Of a stretch of DNA of 64,000 bases, positions 37,301 through 52,300 are shown in pieces (position 1 is the first letter of the stretch; the number at the start of each line of letters is the position of its first letter). The stretch is from NCBI GenBank assembly GCA_030141605.1, contig JAQGDQ010000215.1, positions 186,001-250,000 on the forward strand, written 5' to 3'. The stretch comes from Tubiluchus corallicola. Lineage: Eukaryota > Animalia > Priapulida. The notes beneath the pieces are model-generated. The model made no database searches. It worked only from the letters and a program-made list of their open reading frames with translations, and was not told the DNA's origin. The position numbers and the translations under genes are program-made.

Positions 37301-40300
37301 TGAATCCTCGCATGGATTTCTATAGGAGATCGTGAAAAGCCAGCGAATAAATCTGCCCTGATAAAACTACAGCTGAAAAGCACTTTGTGCGACATAACCT
37401 TTACAGCAAACGAAACGCTTTTCAGCAAAATCCCTTATATGTGACAGTGAATGATGAATGCCTTCGCAAATCAACAGATAATGACTCATTCATGACAACA
37501 ACTACAGCTGAAGTTAAAAAATACAAAGAATGACAAAGACGTTTGGATGCAAAGATCTATGTAATTTATATAACGTAAAAGGTAAATTCCTGACGTGATA
37601 CAGTGTACATATAAATCCAGCTTATCATACACGTGATACCAATTAACATGACATCATCGCATTCACTTAATTGTAGTATTCAATTACGTATTAATAGCTG
37701 CCCCAGACAAGTAGTCTGGCATTTTACATGGAAGCAATGCATTTAATGGCACAATGTTTGTTCCCAAAATACAGACTTGGTTAAAGTCTTCGTGGCCTTG
37801 TGAATAAGCACGTTCTAAGATTGTGTTTGTAAAAAAATTGTTAAAAAGATCAAGCTTGACACAAAACGTGCATACTACCAAAAACATGAGTGATCTCAAA
37901 AAGAAATGTACTAAACTTCAGACGTCCTCCCCCCCCCCCCCGGAACAAGGTAGAATATTGCGTTTTCTTTACCTTTAATAATGAAAGAATTGGCTTTTTT
38001 CACGAACACACATAGACGTATTAAGCTCTGGTAGTGCACGGATATGAGAGTTAACTTGTAATGTGCAAATTGCAACTCTAGTTGCCTGAAACCTCCAATT
38101 TACATATTAGGTGTAAATTAAGCAAAGGCGACTGAACGTAACTAACAATAAAATAGAAATTTATACACCATTTCATAATTTGCTTAAACTCACCTCAGCC
38201 TGGTCATAAAATGGAGCTGCTTCATTTGCAAGCTCATGTAGAGTTTGCTGCAAACTCTTGAGTATGTTGTGAGCTTGTTTAAGATCCTAAAAAATACCAA
38301 CAGTGCAATTAATAAGCTTTAGGCTCTCTTAGTTCTGACGAGCAAAATTACAAAATCTTGTTACAGTAATACTATACATTTGCTAATAATGGTGTTGACA
38401 TAATGCTAGCTATCACAGTTTAACCTATAAACATTAAATGTACTTTGATCTGCTTTTAGAAATATATATGGAAGATTATATCCAAACAAATAACAATAAC
38501 AGCACGTTACTTTTAAAAATAAATGTATGCGAATTCTGCAAAAATGGATTTAACTTAAAGCACAAGAAAACCCTCCACTTACATAAAATATTCGTCTTGA
38601 AGTTTTATACCACTTACATACTGCTTTATTGAATGCTGGGTTTGCGTCTACCGTAACGCTGTATAAAACGTGTAAATTTAAACTCACGCGATGACCGTTA
38701 GACGCAGCCATTTTAATGGTAGGTCGTATGAAACAAGTTTAGATAACATTGCATGAAGTTTGAAAAAATAATCAGAGCATGCGTTGCATACATGTTGCTA
38801 ATTAAGTAAAATTTTAAATTACTGTATCTTGTCAATAAGATTAAAAATACGTTTTTGGTTAGTGAGTGGTGCACCCTCAATATAGGAGGATGACCAATTC
38901 TTCTACTAACCAGAACCTTTCAATGAATTCTAAATACTTGACACAATTGCATTTTGCAAATTATCTGGCCATATTTTAAGAAGTTGCCGACCTAAACGTT
39001 AATAAAATTGGTAAAATTACCTTTGCAAAGGGACTAGATTCTGAATAACAATCTAAATAATACTGCATGACATCTGAAAAATGAAAAAAATAATAAAAAA
39101 TATAAACTTTGAACTGCATTAGTGCATGAAGTTTGAACTTGAATAAAATGCAGTAGGAATATCAATCACACTTCTCTTGTGTATTAGTTCATTTACAATG
39201 AGACTATCTCTCTAACACTAGACAATGAAATTCTATATCTACATGCATCCAACTACTAACTCAAGCATCGCAAAAATTTAAAAATATCCACATTGACAGC
39301 AATCACAGTTTTTCTAATAGGCAATGCAATAATCTGAAAAACGTGGTAGATCTAAGTTCAAGTGAGCACACGAAGACCAATCCTCGGTTACGTTAAATAA
39401 ACAAGTACAAGACCAATCCTAAGCTAAATTAAACCAACATGTATTCTGTCATACGAGAAGATGCTGCGTGTGATAGAGCAAGCAATTCAGAATAGCTTTT
39501 ACAAAGAAGTTTAGAGTTTGTATCAAAATATTATCTAAAGCAGATATATTTGTTTGTTGTATATAATAAACAAAAGCAGTGGAGAACTCACCTTGTTCAA
39601 TATCAGTTCCAGCCTGATGTTCTATAAATGGTTCCGGATTCAGACACAAATCGGCAAGAGCAACGGAACTTGCAAGATACGCTCCACCTTGGCACCAACT
39701 GAACAGCAGTGTGAACACAGCTAATGCGGCAAACCTGGAAAAAACTAGACATGTGGATGGGCCAGAATTTGTTAGATATGCTCCACCTTAGTGCCTACTG
39801 AACAGCAATGTGAAAACGGCTAATGCGGCAAACCTGAAAAAAAACTAGACATGTGGATGGGCCAGAACTTGTAAGATATGCTCCACCTTAGTGCCAACTG
39901 AACAGCAGTGTGAACACAGCTAATGCGGCAAACCAAAACAAGAAACTAGACATGTGGATCGGTCCTTGGCACCAACTGAACAGCAGTGTGAGCATATTTT
40001 GCTGGACTACTAAACATTAGGCAGTAAAAATGCTAGATGGTAATTTAACTTAAAATACATTGTGAACCTAAGGGGCAGCTAAAATATGCACTCCCACATT
40101 TGAGAAAACACAGATGTAAAGTGAGAATGCAAACGGACAGTGATATGTGACAGATGCTGTATAAAACATGTGATGTGTTGACTGACTAGACTCAACTCAT
40201 TTAATAGGTTTGCCCAACCATCCAAGTAAAATACATTAATGCTTTGGCAGACAAAATGATGCACTACATACTGCTTATTTTATTCCACTCAGTGCAAATG

Positions 40301-43300
40301 ACAAATTTTCCAAAGCAAAGCGAAGCACTGAGTGTGTGGAAGAGGGTACCTCTGTGTGGATACTTACGACATGAGCATGCCTTTTGAATCCCTGGCAATA
40401 GCAAGAAAAATGAAGATGCACAATAATGCCTGCCAACATTGCAATCCTATCATTACAGCCCATCTGAAAAACAGAAATTTTTGCAATTCTTAGTCACCAC
40501 ATAGACGCTATGTCATGAAGGTAACGCACCAAAACTTTCCGAAATGTGGTTTAGCCATCTAACTGCTTAGAAGAAACTTAACATGGGTTGCATAAACCTA
40601 GTATGTTCACAATATTATTACAGTGCTAGATGCTAGATTACATCTAGGAAGCTCAATTTGTTTGTTTGCAATGATGTGGCACTGCGACAGTCAATCATTT
40701 CACAATGACAGTAAGTATGCTGATCTTAATCACATCCTGGGAATTAATTGTTAAGCTGCATTAAGCGATGCTATGATTGAACATCATAACGAGGCTGGCA
40801 CACTAACCCTCACATAAAAGAATTTAACATTAACGGTTATTGTATTTCAAACAAAATGATTCGTACATTCATTCATATTACTGAGTTGTAGACACAAATT
40901 TGATTTGAAGCGGAATGAATAAACTCTGTGCCAACGCTGGGACTGGTTAACCGGTTTAGTGGAAATTAGCCGATTAACTTTTTTAACTGGTTAACTGATC
41001 TTTACATATAAATGATAAATAATCTGAACCTTCAGCGCATCCTTACAGTAGAGACTTTTTATTTCTATGCAGAAAAATGTTACCATTAGTTCAACAACGC
41101 TTGGCATCCTTACAAACAGAGACTTTTCACTTTTTATATAGACCTTCTATGTATAAAAGTTTCTCTCTCTCTCTCTCTATTTGTTTATTTTAAAAGTTGC
41201 CGTTTTCTGTTATTTAAGTTTGCTTTGTATTCAATTAGGCAAGTCGCTGTTACCTTGATGTGATTTTGGTGATGAGAAACTTGTCTAGCCTTCTATCGCT
41301 TTGTGGTCATGTTGAAGGAGCCCCTTCTCATTTTGTCATTGTTGCAGTTGGTTTACGTTGATGTTCTGTGGGTGCTATGTATTATGTGTTATGTCTGTAG
41401 TTATCACTTTAACATCTAAGATTGGGCAGTCAATGCATTATGTGTTATGTCTGTAGTTATCACTTTAACATCTAAGGTTGGGCAGTCAATGTATTATGCG
41501 TTATGTCTGTAGTTATCACTTTAACATCTAAGATTGGGCAGTCAATGTATTATGTGTTATGTCTGTAGTTATCACTTTAACATCTAAGGTTGGGCAGTCA
41601 ATGTATTATCTGTTATGTCTGTAGTTATCACTTTAACATCAAAGGTTGGGCAGTCAATGTATTATGTGTGATGTCTGTAGTTATCACTTTAACATCTAAG
41701 ATTGGACAGTCAATGTATTATGTTGGACAGTCAATGTGAAAGGGTCCCCGCCGGGAGTAGACAGTGGGTAGGGACCGAAATCTGAATCTTTCCTGGTGCC
41801 TCATCTAATGACCCTTTTCCTTTGGTTGTCACTTTGTATGCGTGTTCCGTTGTAGATTGTATGATTTGCAGTTGTTTGTCTCTTTTTGTTGCTTGTGTGT
41901 GTTGTTGATGTAATCTGAGTTTAATTGAACATATTCCTCTAAAGTTTCACATACAATGTTTGGACATTCCATGTAGTATAGTAAATATTTTGTTTATTTG
42001 GTTCTCCAATGATCTAGTCTGCAAATTACAGAGGGCCTCCGATGTTGCCCAGATCTGATTAATCGGTTAATTGTTAATCGATAAAAAATTAACCAATTAA
42101 CCGGTTAAGTGAATCCTTAAGCGGTCCCAGCTTGTGCTCTATACAAGCAGGTGCAACAGAGAAAGTTGTTATTATAACGTATTGATTTCCCAGTAGTAAT
42201 GTGAAGTAGCCAAGCTATAAGACTCTCAACGTGATAATAAATCTTACAGGAAGCTTCATAATCAGACAAGACTTGGAAATCCATCAGTAATTCTGAGTAA
42301 TAAGAATTACACAGAATTTGTAAAACATAGAGATAAATCTTACAGTACAAGCAGAGATACAATTGAGAAAACTTCCACACTTTTTTCTTTTGTTATTGTT
42401 GAATTTTTTATTAAGAGTTATTCGACCTATCACCTATTAGAAATTAGATATTAATATCATCTATAGCAGGCAAACCAGTTTTTATGAATTCAATCAGAAT
42501 CAGTGATTTTTAAAAATACATACACGTCTGAAAGTTGAACCTTTTTATTAGCGACTTTTTACTAAAAAAAAGTAAATAAATAAAACGAAATCACATGCAT
42601 CAAAATTTTATATCTTTGCAAACTATCAATAAGTCCCTGCAAGCTAGATTACTTATTACCTTATTTAGTCTTGTACCAGCATTATATTGCTAATAAGTTC
42701 GTGTATTGCTGCAGTTACTTTTATTGCTCTTTTGTTTTCACATTCAAGTATGTGGTAGAAATTTTGCATTTTAGTCACAAAATTACTTTACTCAGCAATT
42801 TTTCCATATTATAATTATTATCCCAGAATGCACTATTCTCGGAAATACGTTAACCAAGAAATCTTTTCAAGTTGCTTGCGATGGCCAGAAGAATATTGTC
42901 TAACTTCTACCAAAATCAATCCAGCATTTCAAATGATGATGAACGCTGTTCTTATTAAAACGACGTCTTTGATATTAAAGAAATACAAATGACGTACCTA
43001 ATAAATTCATAATAAGCCGTTTTCTTTGGTACTTCGGTCAGGTCAATTTCTCCTGTACTGTTGGTCACTCTGTTCAATTTGCGCACAATCCGCTCCCTCT
43101 CCACAGACATGTCATCTAAATTCTGCATAAATTTAATAGGAAATCTCATCATGATTGTGTCTATTTAAAGCTCAAAATACACGTTCATCACTGAGAAAAA
43201 ATGCTCAAAGAGAAGTAGGTAAACATGCAAAATGTAATTGGACTTTAGGCAGGTGAATTACTGCTGCTAAACAGCAAAACTATAGAATAGAAAGATAGTT

Positions 43301-46300
43301 AGAATGTACGCGTGTCTACATACAAAATATGGAAAATTCACGAAAAAGAAGTGCACAAAAATATCTCTATTCCTATCGGAAAACTAAGAATGCACTTAGA
43401 ACAGGAATAAACTGTGCGCAGGGCCAAATTCCTTGATTCGAGTTGCACATATTTTAAGAAACTCGAGATGTCACTCTTGCTTAAAAAACAAAAACGATGC
43501 CGCTCAACTATATGTTTAATATAACAGATTCCCCGATTAAAAAATCAAATTTTTATACTCGATTTCAAGTGCGGACAATCAAAATAATCAATACTTTTTC
43601 ATCTGAAGGCATAAAATAATTAAAAGGGTAATACCTTGATAAGCAAATCATGGACAGTTGAATTTGATATTGGCTCTTCAAATAGTTGATAAAAGTTTTC
43701 TAAATCATAAGTGACGTTGACTTCTAATGTATGCTGCAAGCTTTGGGTCTGAAATAGAATAACAGAATTTTAATTTATGCTTGCATGTCTACAAAATAAT
43801 AATCTCTTGGTTGTAATAAAAGTAAAGCCTTTGCTGGCCTAGATGGTTGGAACCTGGACGATAATTAATTTAATCAGTATAATTGATGATTTATAGATAA
43901 CTGTATTGACTGGTACGTATCGAAATAAGTATTTATAAATAACTGTATTAACTGGTACGTATCAAAATAAGTATTTATAAATAATGGTATTAACTGGTAC
44001 ATAATGAAATAAGTATTTATAAATAACGGTATTAACTGGTACATATCAAAATAAGTGTTTATAAATAATGGTATTAACTGGTACATAATGAAATAAGTAT
44101 TTATAAATAACGGTATTAACTGGTACATATCAAAATAAGTGTTTATAAATAATGGTATCAACTGGTACGTATCAAATTAAGTATTTATAAATAACGGTAT
44201 CAACTGGTACGTATCAAAATAAGTATTTATAAATAACGGTATCAACTGGTACATATCAAAATAAGTATTTATAAATAATGGTATCAAATGGTACATATCG
44301 AAATAAGTATTTATAAATAATAGTATCAAATGGTACATATCGAAATAAGTATTTATAAATAATGGTATCAAATGGTACATATCGAAATAAGTATTTATAA
44401 AAACGGTATCAACTGGTTCGTATCAAAATAAGTATTTATAAATAATGGTATCAAGTGGTACGTATCGAAATAAGTATTTATAAATAATGGTATCAACTGG
44501 TACATATCTAAATAAGTGTTTACAAATAATGGTATCAACTGGTGCATATTGAATTAAGTTTATAGACACATGTTATTACATCCAACCCTGTATAGTTTCA
44601 TGTTTAGTTTGTTTAAGATTTTTAAGATTCTAAGAATCTTAATTAATTAATTGTGCACAATCCGTTTCACCTCAGCAGACATGTGATCCAAATTCTGCAT
44701 AAATTTTATACGAGATCTCATCGTCATTGTGTCTGGTTTCAGTTTAAAATACGATGCATATTGATCACCGAGAAAAAATACTCAAAGAAGTAAGTAAACA
44801 TGATGCAGTAAACAACATACGCTTATATTAATTATTTACTTATTAATCTAAGCGTAAAATTGTTTCCTATTCACCATAAAACCGAGCTCATTTCTTGTTA
44901 TTTTCAAGACTTGGCGGCACCGAGAAGCTTTTTCAGCGCATCTTGTTGGAAAATGAAAATTATCGAGAAAATAACTCAACGATAAATGCACGCAGCAATG
45001 CATATTGCACAGTAAACTGATGAAATATTAACAGCACTCTAGCAGTAACAGTCGTGCAGCTGCAAGCAAAATCCGGGCTGCTGTTCTTTGTGCATCGTTC
45101 CGCACTTAAATCCCTACACAAACAGGATAAAAATTCAGCAGTCCCGGGAAGATTAGATGCGGGAAAACATGGAAAATTCTTTGCGGTTATAGACCGGGAG
45201 GGATTACGAAAAGTGATGTGTGGTTAGTAAAATGCTTGCCAAATTTGCTTTGAAAATGGAGTCATTTATGAACACGGAAACTTGAATAAGGCACTTATGA
45301 AATGTCGACATAACCACGTGCAGTAAAAATAAAATATGTAGACGCTAGACAGCTGAATAATTTCTAACATACTAGTCAATAACACAATATATTTGTTGTA
45401 AATTGTGCCTTAGTTAAAACTTTTGCCTTAGCTATGCAGTTCCGTAGAAGGTTCAGTTTTTCACATATCAAGTGAAAATATCTTAGAAATGAATTATGGG
45501 AATTAATTTCATAAATCTTGTGAACTGGACTTGACTCAGGCCAACTTATTGGCCCATCAGGTCTTTAGTAGTTGAAGTAGTAGTAGTAGTGGTAGTAGTA
45601 GTGATAGTGGTAGTGGTGGTGATAGTGGTAGTGATAGTGGTAGTAGTGGTGACAGCGGTAGTGATAGTGGTAGTAGTAGTGATAGTGGTAGTGGTAGAAG
45701 TAGTGATAGTGGTAGTAGTAGTGATAGTGGTAGTGACAGTGATGGTGGTGGTAGTGGTAGCGATAGTGGTGGTGGTAGTGACAGTGGCAGTGGTAGTAGT
45801 TGTGATAGTGAGGGTGGTGGTAGTGATAGTGGTAGTGGTAGTGATAGTGATGGTGGTGGTAGTGATAGTGGTAGTGGTGGTGATAGTGATGGTGGTGGTA
45901 GTGGTGGTGGTGGTGTTAGTGATAGTGGTGGTTATAGTGGTAGCGGCAGCAGCAGTAGTAGTATTTTATTGACAATAATATTATAGTCCATCAAGAACAT
46001 TACAAAAATTGGCACGGAGTTAGAAAAGGATAAATGTTAACAACAACTAATATAATAACAACACAGCGAGTTAATCGTAAATTTTCAAAATTGCTGACAA
46101 GAATTTTCCACAAAGTTCACGTTATAAATCAAATAACTCTTGCACTCTGTTTAAATACACAGCACACATTTCTCTAATTCGCTCAAATAATCTACAATGT
46201 ACAATAACATGTGATTCGTCTTGAATAGAGACATTATCACATCTGCAAATTCTGTTATCACGAGGAATGGGTGACCGCCCCATCTACCAATCTCAAACTG

Positions 46301-49300
46301 AGATGACGACACGACAGCTTATTCGTATAATACATATAATGTATATATAATATTACCTATACATATAAAGTATCAACACGGAAGCTGTATAACTTTTCAT
46401 ATTATACGAGCGCTAGATATATTTCTACTAGACTTAATATTATTTATTTTGATGTGATTCACAGAAAATGGGCATACAGTTTACACGTCAGGCTGAATAA
46501 GAGTAAAAATTTTATATGCAAGAACATTTTAAACAGTGATGCAAACTTTACTTCTGTAATTAGACGTCATTGGCGTAGTTTGTTATATCGTTATTGTTGT
46601 GTGTCACAATTTATTGTATTATTTGTATTAATTTGTATTAATTTGTGATGTGTATATGAACTTTGTGAACTTTGAAATAAAATATTAAATCTACATCTGA
46701 AAAAACCTAAAAAAATTCGTACAGAATTGGTGATATCTGACGAACGAATTGTACGTTTTAACGCAGGGTTTTGGGCTACATAGCAAGAATACTGAGTTTT
46801 GTTTACACTTTTAGCCCGAATGTTATTTAAAATGTTGTCAGGAACGTAACCATAATACTTACGAAATGAATTAAATGCATGAGAGCACTCATCAGCACTA
46901 AATGACGATTTAGCTGGACGAGATACTACAACTCCATATCAATGATACTGTACTGATGCAACCAAAATGCATAAAAATTTATGCTGACTCTGTTACATTA
47001 CAATTATCTGTAACACCTGAACACGTCCTGATTAGATTCACCTTGACCTTGTAATGCAAATAAACTCGTTTGTGATGCATTGTAATCAGTCAAGTGTACA
47101 TGTGTTTTATTATATCACTGCTGTAGGTATGTTAATTTACATTTCATATATAGGCGACCAATGTCCACCTGTCATAGTTCATTAATAAACAACAAAATTA
47201 TTAATGAAATGGGAAGGTAATGTGGGCAGAGCACGATAGACTAGGCCATTTAAATGTTTCCTAACGGTGACAAGAACAATTTTCTGGATGGGCTTTAGGT
47301 AATTGCCTAAGCAGATGACAGATGATAAATCATGAAAGCATGCAGGATGCAGGGAAAGTAAAGGCATCTGTACTTCATATGGTTTGCATAAAAGGAAAGT
47401 CTAGAAACGGCAGCTTGAATGGGCCACACAGTTCTAACTTTTACCAAATCATTAGTAGATTCCACGAACCGTAAATGTTTGCTTTCAACGACAAACAGTC
47501 TCACAGTAGTCAGTATACAAGCATGTACACAATCAGTTAGTATAGATATTACCTTCCTAATTTTGTTTTCATTAATTGTTAGTATCAAAACGGACGTATT
47601 GGATAATGGTAACGTGTCCGCTTTCCGTCTGGGAGGTCGTGAGTTCGATACTGCGGTCGGGTCATACCAAAGACTTATGTAGGTGCAGATTGTTATTTAG
47701 GTGATAAAAGCCTCTTGGTAGGCTGGTGTTGTCTGTTAAATTTAAAGTCGGCTTTAAATAAAGGTTATAATTATTATTTATTATATATGAATGCACGTGT
47801 CACGTTTAATAAGAAATGTAATACGGGCTTGTTTACGCGAACAGGGAAAAGAGATTACATACTTTGAAAGGCCAGCACAAGACAGCAGACTTGTTCATAA
47901 GAAAGTTAGCCAAATACATGTAATTTATGCTAGTTGTAAACTATTCTAAACGTGCTAGTACCTTTCACTTCAAATTGAATCGGGATATAAATGTGTTTGC
48001 GTTATTCTTTTCAGTCCTCCCTGTATAACGGCTGTACTGCAAGAACGTCACCCAGACAGCATAGGCATTGTTTATGACAGACACACTAGTACGTGCTTGT
48101 ATTACCTATACCTTAAGGCCAAATTTCGATGAAATGGGGACTCACTGGAAGCAGCCACCAAACTTTCAGTAATGATTGTTTAGGTCATTCTAACAGCGTA
48201 TTGGACATCTTTATAAAATTCTACATTTTGGCCCGCTGTACCAGAACACTAAAAGGTCAAGAAATGGTCCCACATTTTGGAGGCTTATAACTCCAAAACG
48301 TTCACAGATAGACACTCGGGTACTATTAGAGACGAATAAGAACGTATATGTGGGCTTTCGTCTGGTAGCACGATCAGTGACCTTGGAACACACGAAATGG
48401 CCAAATTACGTCATCGGTACCCCTCTATCCATTTCACAAACTATCTATTACTGATCTATTAGCTGAAAAACGAGAACTGGATGGATACAGCTGTCAAACT
48501 TTCAGGAATGTTCATTTGGACCATTTTAACAGCGTTTTGGCCATTTTTTGTAAAATTTATATCCAGTTAGTATATAAGCTGTATCCAGTTAGCCGACTCT
48601 TTTGGGCAAACAGACCGGACTACCTAGAGAAAATGGTCACATGGACTTTAGAAATGACACTATAAAACATTCCATGAAGCAGTCACTATTTCGAATGTCT
48701 CGAGTTCCCACAACAGCACAATTTCCTGTTACACTGCTATCATTTCGTTGCCTCAACTCTAATTGACTTTAATTAATCTGCACGAATCACACAAATTCGA
48801 GTTAATTACAGCAAAATGGAAGTAACGAAAAATCCGTTTTCAACCCTGCTCTTCGAACCTGTCCAGGATAATGAGATCACAACAATCAACAGTGAACGTT
48901 TAATCCAGAAGACAGGATGATTTTTCATATACTACCCCATTTTCAAGTCCGATAAACATTATACATTTTAACAAAATTAATACTGCAAAATCGTTTCTGA
49001 TAATTAAATAACAGATTAAAAATTTAATTAACAGCGGGTGAGCCCAACTATTGATGACATCACAAACCAGCACAATTTTCAACGGCAAAAATATTCCACG
49101 AGCGTGCTGCATGTGTTTGTGAAAGCAAAAATTGAACTACAGTGCTGCTGCAAGATATTCTGTGTATTGTACTAAAACCAGACAAGTTTTAAGATAAAAA
49201 CTCTAATTTCAAACTAGGCAAAAATTGACGGTGTACCTAGTAGTAAAAATTTTATTTATTGTCGACACATTTCAAAGATAACGAGTTACTTTTATTAGCT

Positions 49301-52300
49301 AATGATTTTATTAGTTTCGTCGGCTTACCTCATTGTCAACAGACTTGAATGTTTCATCAGCAGAAGTAAACGAGTCCACGAAATCATGGACACCCCTATT
49401 TGCACCTTCATTCCCATACAATCCCACTGCTAGTGCACCACTGAAAAAAAACGTAAATGTACGTTACAGCTACATGAATTCAACGGTCACACGGTTCTCA
49501 ATTGTTTTTTTCTCAGCCACACACGGTCTCAGATGTTTACCCAATTACAAGAATTGAATTTTTTTTAATCGAAGTTTATTTTTCTCTAATTTATAAATGT
49601 ACAGTAACCACTTCCAGTCTGTAAGGATGCACTAGTTGAATAATATATACGTAAATAGGACCTGATTGCTAGTAATAAGTGAAAAGGAGAGAGAATAGCG
49701 AACCGACCAAAAGGTCATCAGGTCAACCATCCTTTTAATATGTTAAAATAGTAAATGATCAAAGGCAGCGCTAATTAGTAACGAGGCACAAACAATAAAT
49801 TAGTTTAAAGAGCTTGATTTCCTAAATTAGCAGCTTCTAAACACAACTGAGGTAACTAACATATAATTTTATGTACATTTGCAGTTAGGTTGACAAATGA
49901 ATGTTCGATTCATTTATATGGGAAGGCGTATAGCGTACATGGCAACGAAATCTCTACCCGTTCAATTTTTAGGGGATCATCTTTGACAATGAAATCGATT
50001 GCACAGCCTCATCGAACCATTTGCATTAAGTAGATTCTACCAATGACTTCTTTGATTTTCGGTTTACAAAGTGCAAAACTGTCCAGACGATTTGATTTTA
50101 CAAGTGGTTTTCAGAAGGTATTTCAATTTTTTAACCAAAATTTCTGTGTCCTACAGTATCGAGTATATTCTGGTCGTACATGTTATAAAGTAGAGCCTTC
50201 AATGCTACATGTGTGACATTTCGGCAAAAGTCAAAAGAATTTTTACAGTCGAGACACGCAGGTTTTTAGCCCTTAAGTTCTGGGCAGTGAACTGAGCCGA
50301 ACCAACAGCCGTACACAAGGGGTGTGGGCGAGTGAATTGCTTTCTAACAAGAGTAAATTTAATTAGAACCTTGGGCTGCAATTAGTTACGAAATCAAAAC
50401 GCCATTATATTTTATTGCACCGGCAGCACTATGACGCGTAATCGTTCGCCAAAGATCTTCTCTAATAGATAATAACAGTCATCTGTAAAACTCGACTAAA
50501 CGCTTACGCCTTGGACTCGGGGCAGGCGATTAGGAAACCAGCTGCTCTGGGCAAATTACTCCATCAAGAGTGGGCGATTCCATTTCACATGTAGAGGGAT
50601 GCCAACAGCAAGGACAGCCTGTTTTTGCCAACAGAAAGTACAAGTCGAACTAGTTGAAAATAACTAAACGAAAGACTACATTGCGATGGACAGAGAGAAA
50701 TGAAGAGGAAAATTTTTTTACAAAATTTCTTGGACGAGAAAAAAATGTGCTGACATAACAATAGAGAGAGAGAGAGTTGTTAGTATCTAAATCCTGCAGC
50801 CTTTACAATGTAGACAATTAGTCAACTACGCAAACTCCAGACGGCTTTTATATATCTCTGTACCTCGTTACAAGCAATAACAGTGAGATACTTCCCTGCA
50901 GGCTATAAACGTATAACTAACAAGCAACAGAATGTTATAAATGAAGCAAGCAAGCACTGCTGTGAGTAGAAATCCATTCAAAGTTTCTTAACATCACGTT
51001 TCTACGGACAGGGTTCAAGAACCCGCTAAGTAAAATGTCAATTTCAACGCGCCGAGAAAGAAAAGTGAAGCAATGTTACTCAAACATGAAACAAAAGCAA
51101 ATTTTCACCTCAATGTTGTAGTTTATTCAGAATACGCGAGGGCCAATGACAAATGTGCCCCTGCCTGAAACTGTAACACCCTCCCCCCACTGGATGCAAG
51201 TATTCCCAGATCAATAAACACATTAATAAGCGCCGATGTTGAGCTTAATGCGACAGCGCTTTTACTGAAACCCTGCATGACCAGACACCAGGCTGTAATT
51301 ACGTTATACGAGAAATGCTTCAAGTCTGTATACAGAGGACAAAGAACCGACAGCAGAGAAGCAGAAAGAACCAACCACACACACAGATGGCATGGCACAT
51401 GAACAAATATGTACGTTTAACACAAGCAGTTACTCATGTATATATTCAAAAATTGTAATATTAACGTGAGTTCCACGCTAGCTGTACATAAAATATTGTT
51501 CAATGGACAAAGACGCGTAAGTTCTTCATGAAGATTTTTGGAAGTCATGCAAATTAGGCGACCATGAAGAAGGCAAAGTGCCAGTAAGTTTCAACTTTTT
51601 TTAATTTTTACAGAAGCTTACGTCCTGCCCGGACTTCATCAACTGAAATCAAATTGTATGGCCTGGACCTTGAAAGATCAGTTGAAATCAAATTGTATGG
51701 CACAAGTGAAATCAAACTGTATGGCCTGGACCTTGAAAGATCAGCTCAAATCAAACTGTATGGCCTGGGCCTTGAGAGATCAGCTCAAATCAAATTGTAT
51801 GGCCTGGACCTTGAAAGATCAGTTGAAATCAAATTGTATGGCCTGGACCTTGAAAGATCAGCTCAAATCAAATTGTATGGCTTGGACCTTGAGAGATCAG
51901 CTGAAATCAAATTGTATGGCTTGGACCTTGAAATATCAGCTGAAATAAAATTGTATGGCGTGGACCTTGAAAGATCAGCTGAAATCAAATTGTACGGCCT
52001 GGGCCTTGAAAGACCACCTTGAAAGACCGTTTTTCAAGGTCGAGGCCATACAATTTGATTTCAGCTGATGAAGTCTGTGACGAACGAAAGCTCCTGTGAA
52101 AAATAAAAAAATTGAGACTTAATGGAATGGCACGTTGCCCTCTTTATGACTATAACGATGGCAAATCTCAGAAGATAACTATCTTATTTTCAAACCAAAT
52201 TAGGAGATACTATATTTGCAACATCCACTCCTCTTACTGCCACCTGTTACGTTAATAGTTTCCTACAAGGCAAGCTTCAATCTTGGTTGCTAAAACCTAG

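Noticed and set aside
43123-43160. Alternative upstream acceptors for the tweety NLDDMS exon (43160, 43144)
   Set aside because: Their phases are incompatible with the preceding phase-0 donor; only 43122 keeps the frame.
45589-45972. Poly-Val ORF (and the His/Cys or Ile/Val ORFs at 11496-11834)
   Set aside because: Microsatellite translations.
47590-47665. tRNA gene (also 52970-53037)
   Set aside because: A and B boxes are present, but there is no intact cloverleaf and both continue into a shared SINE body.
51654-52022. ORFs with 13-aa repeats
   Set aside because: Translation of the 39-bp array; no splice context or homology.
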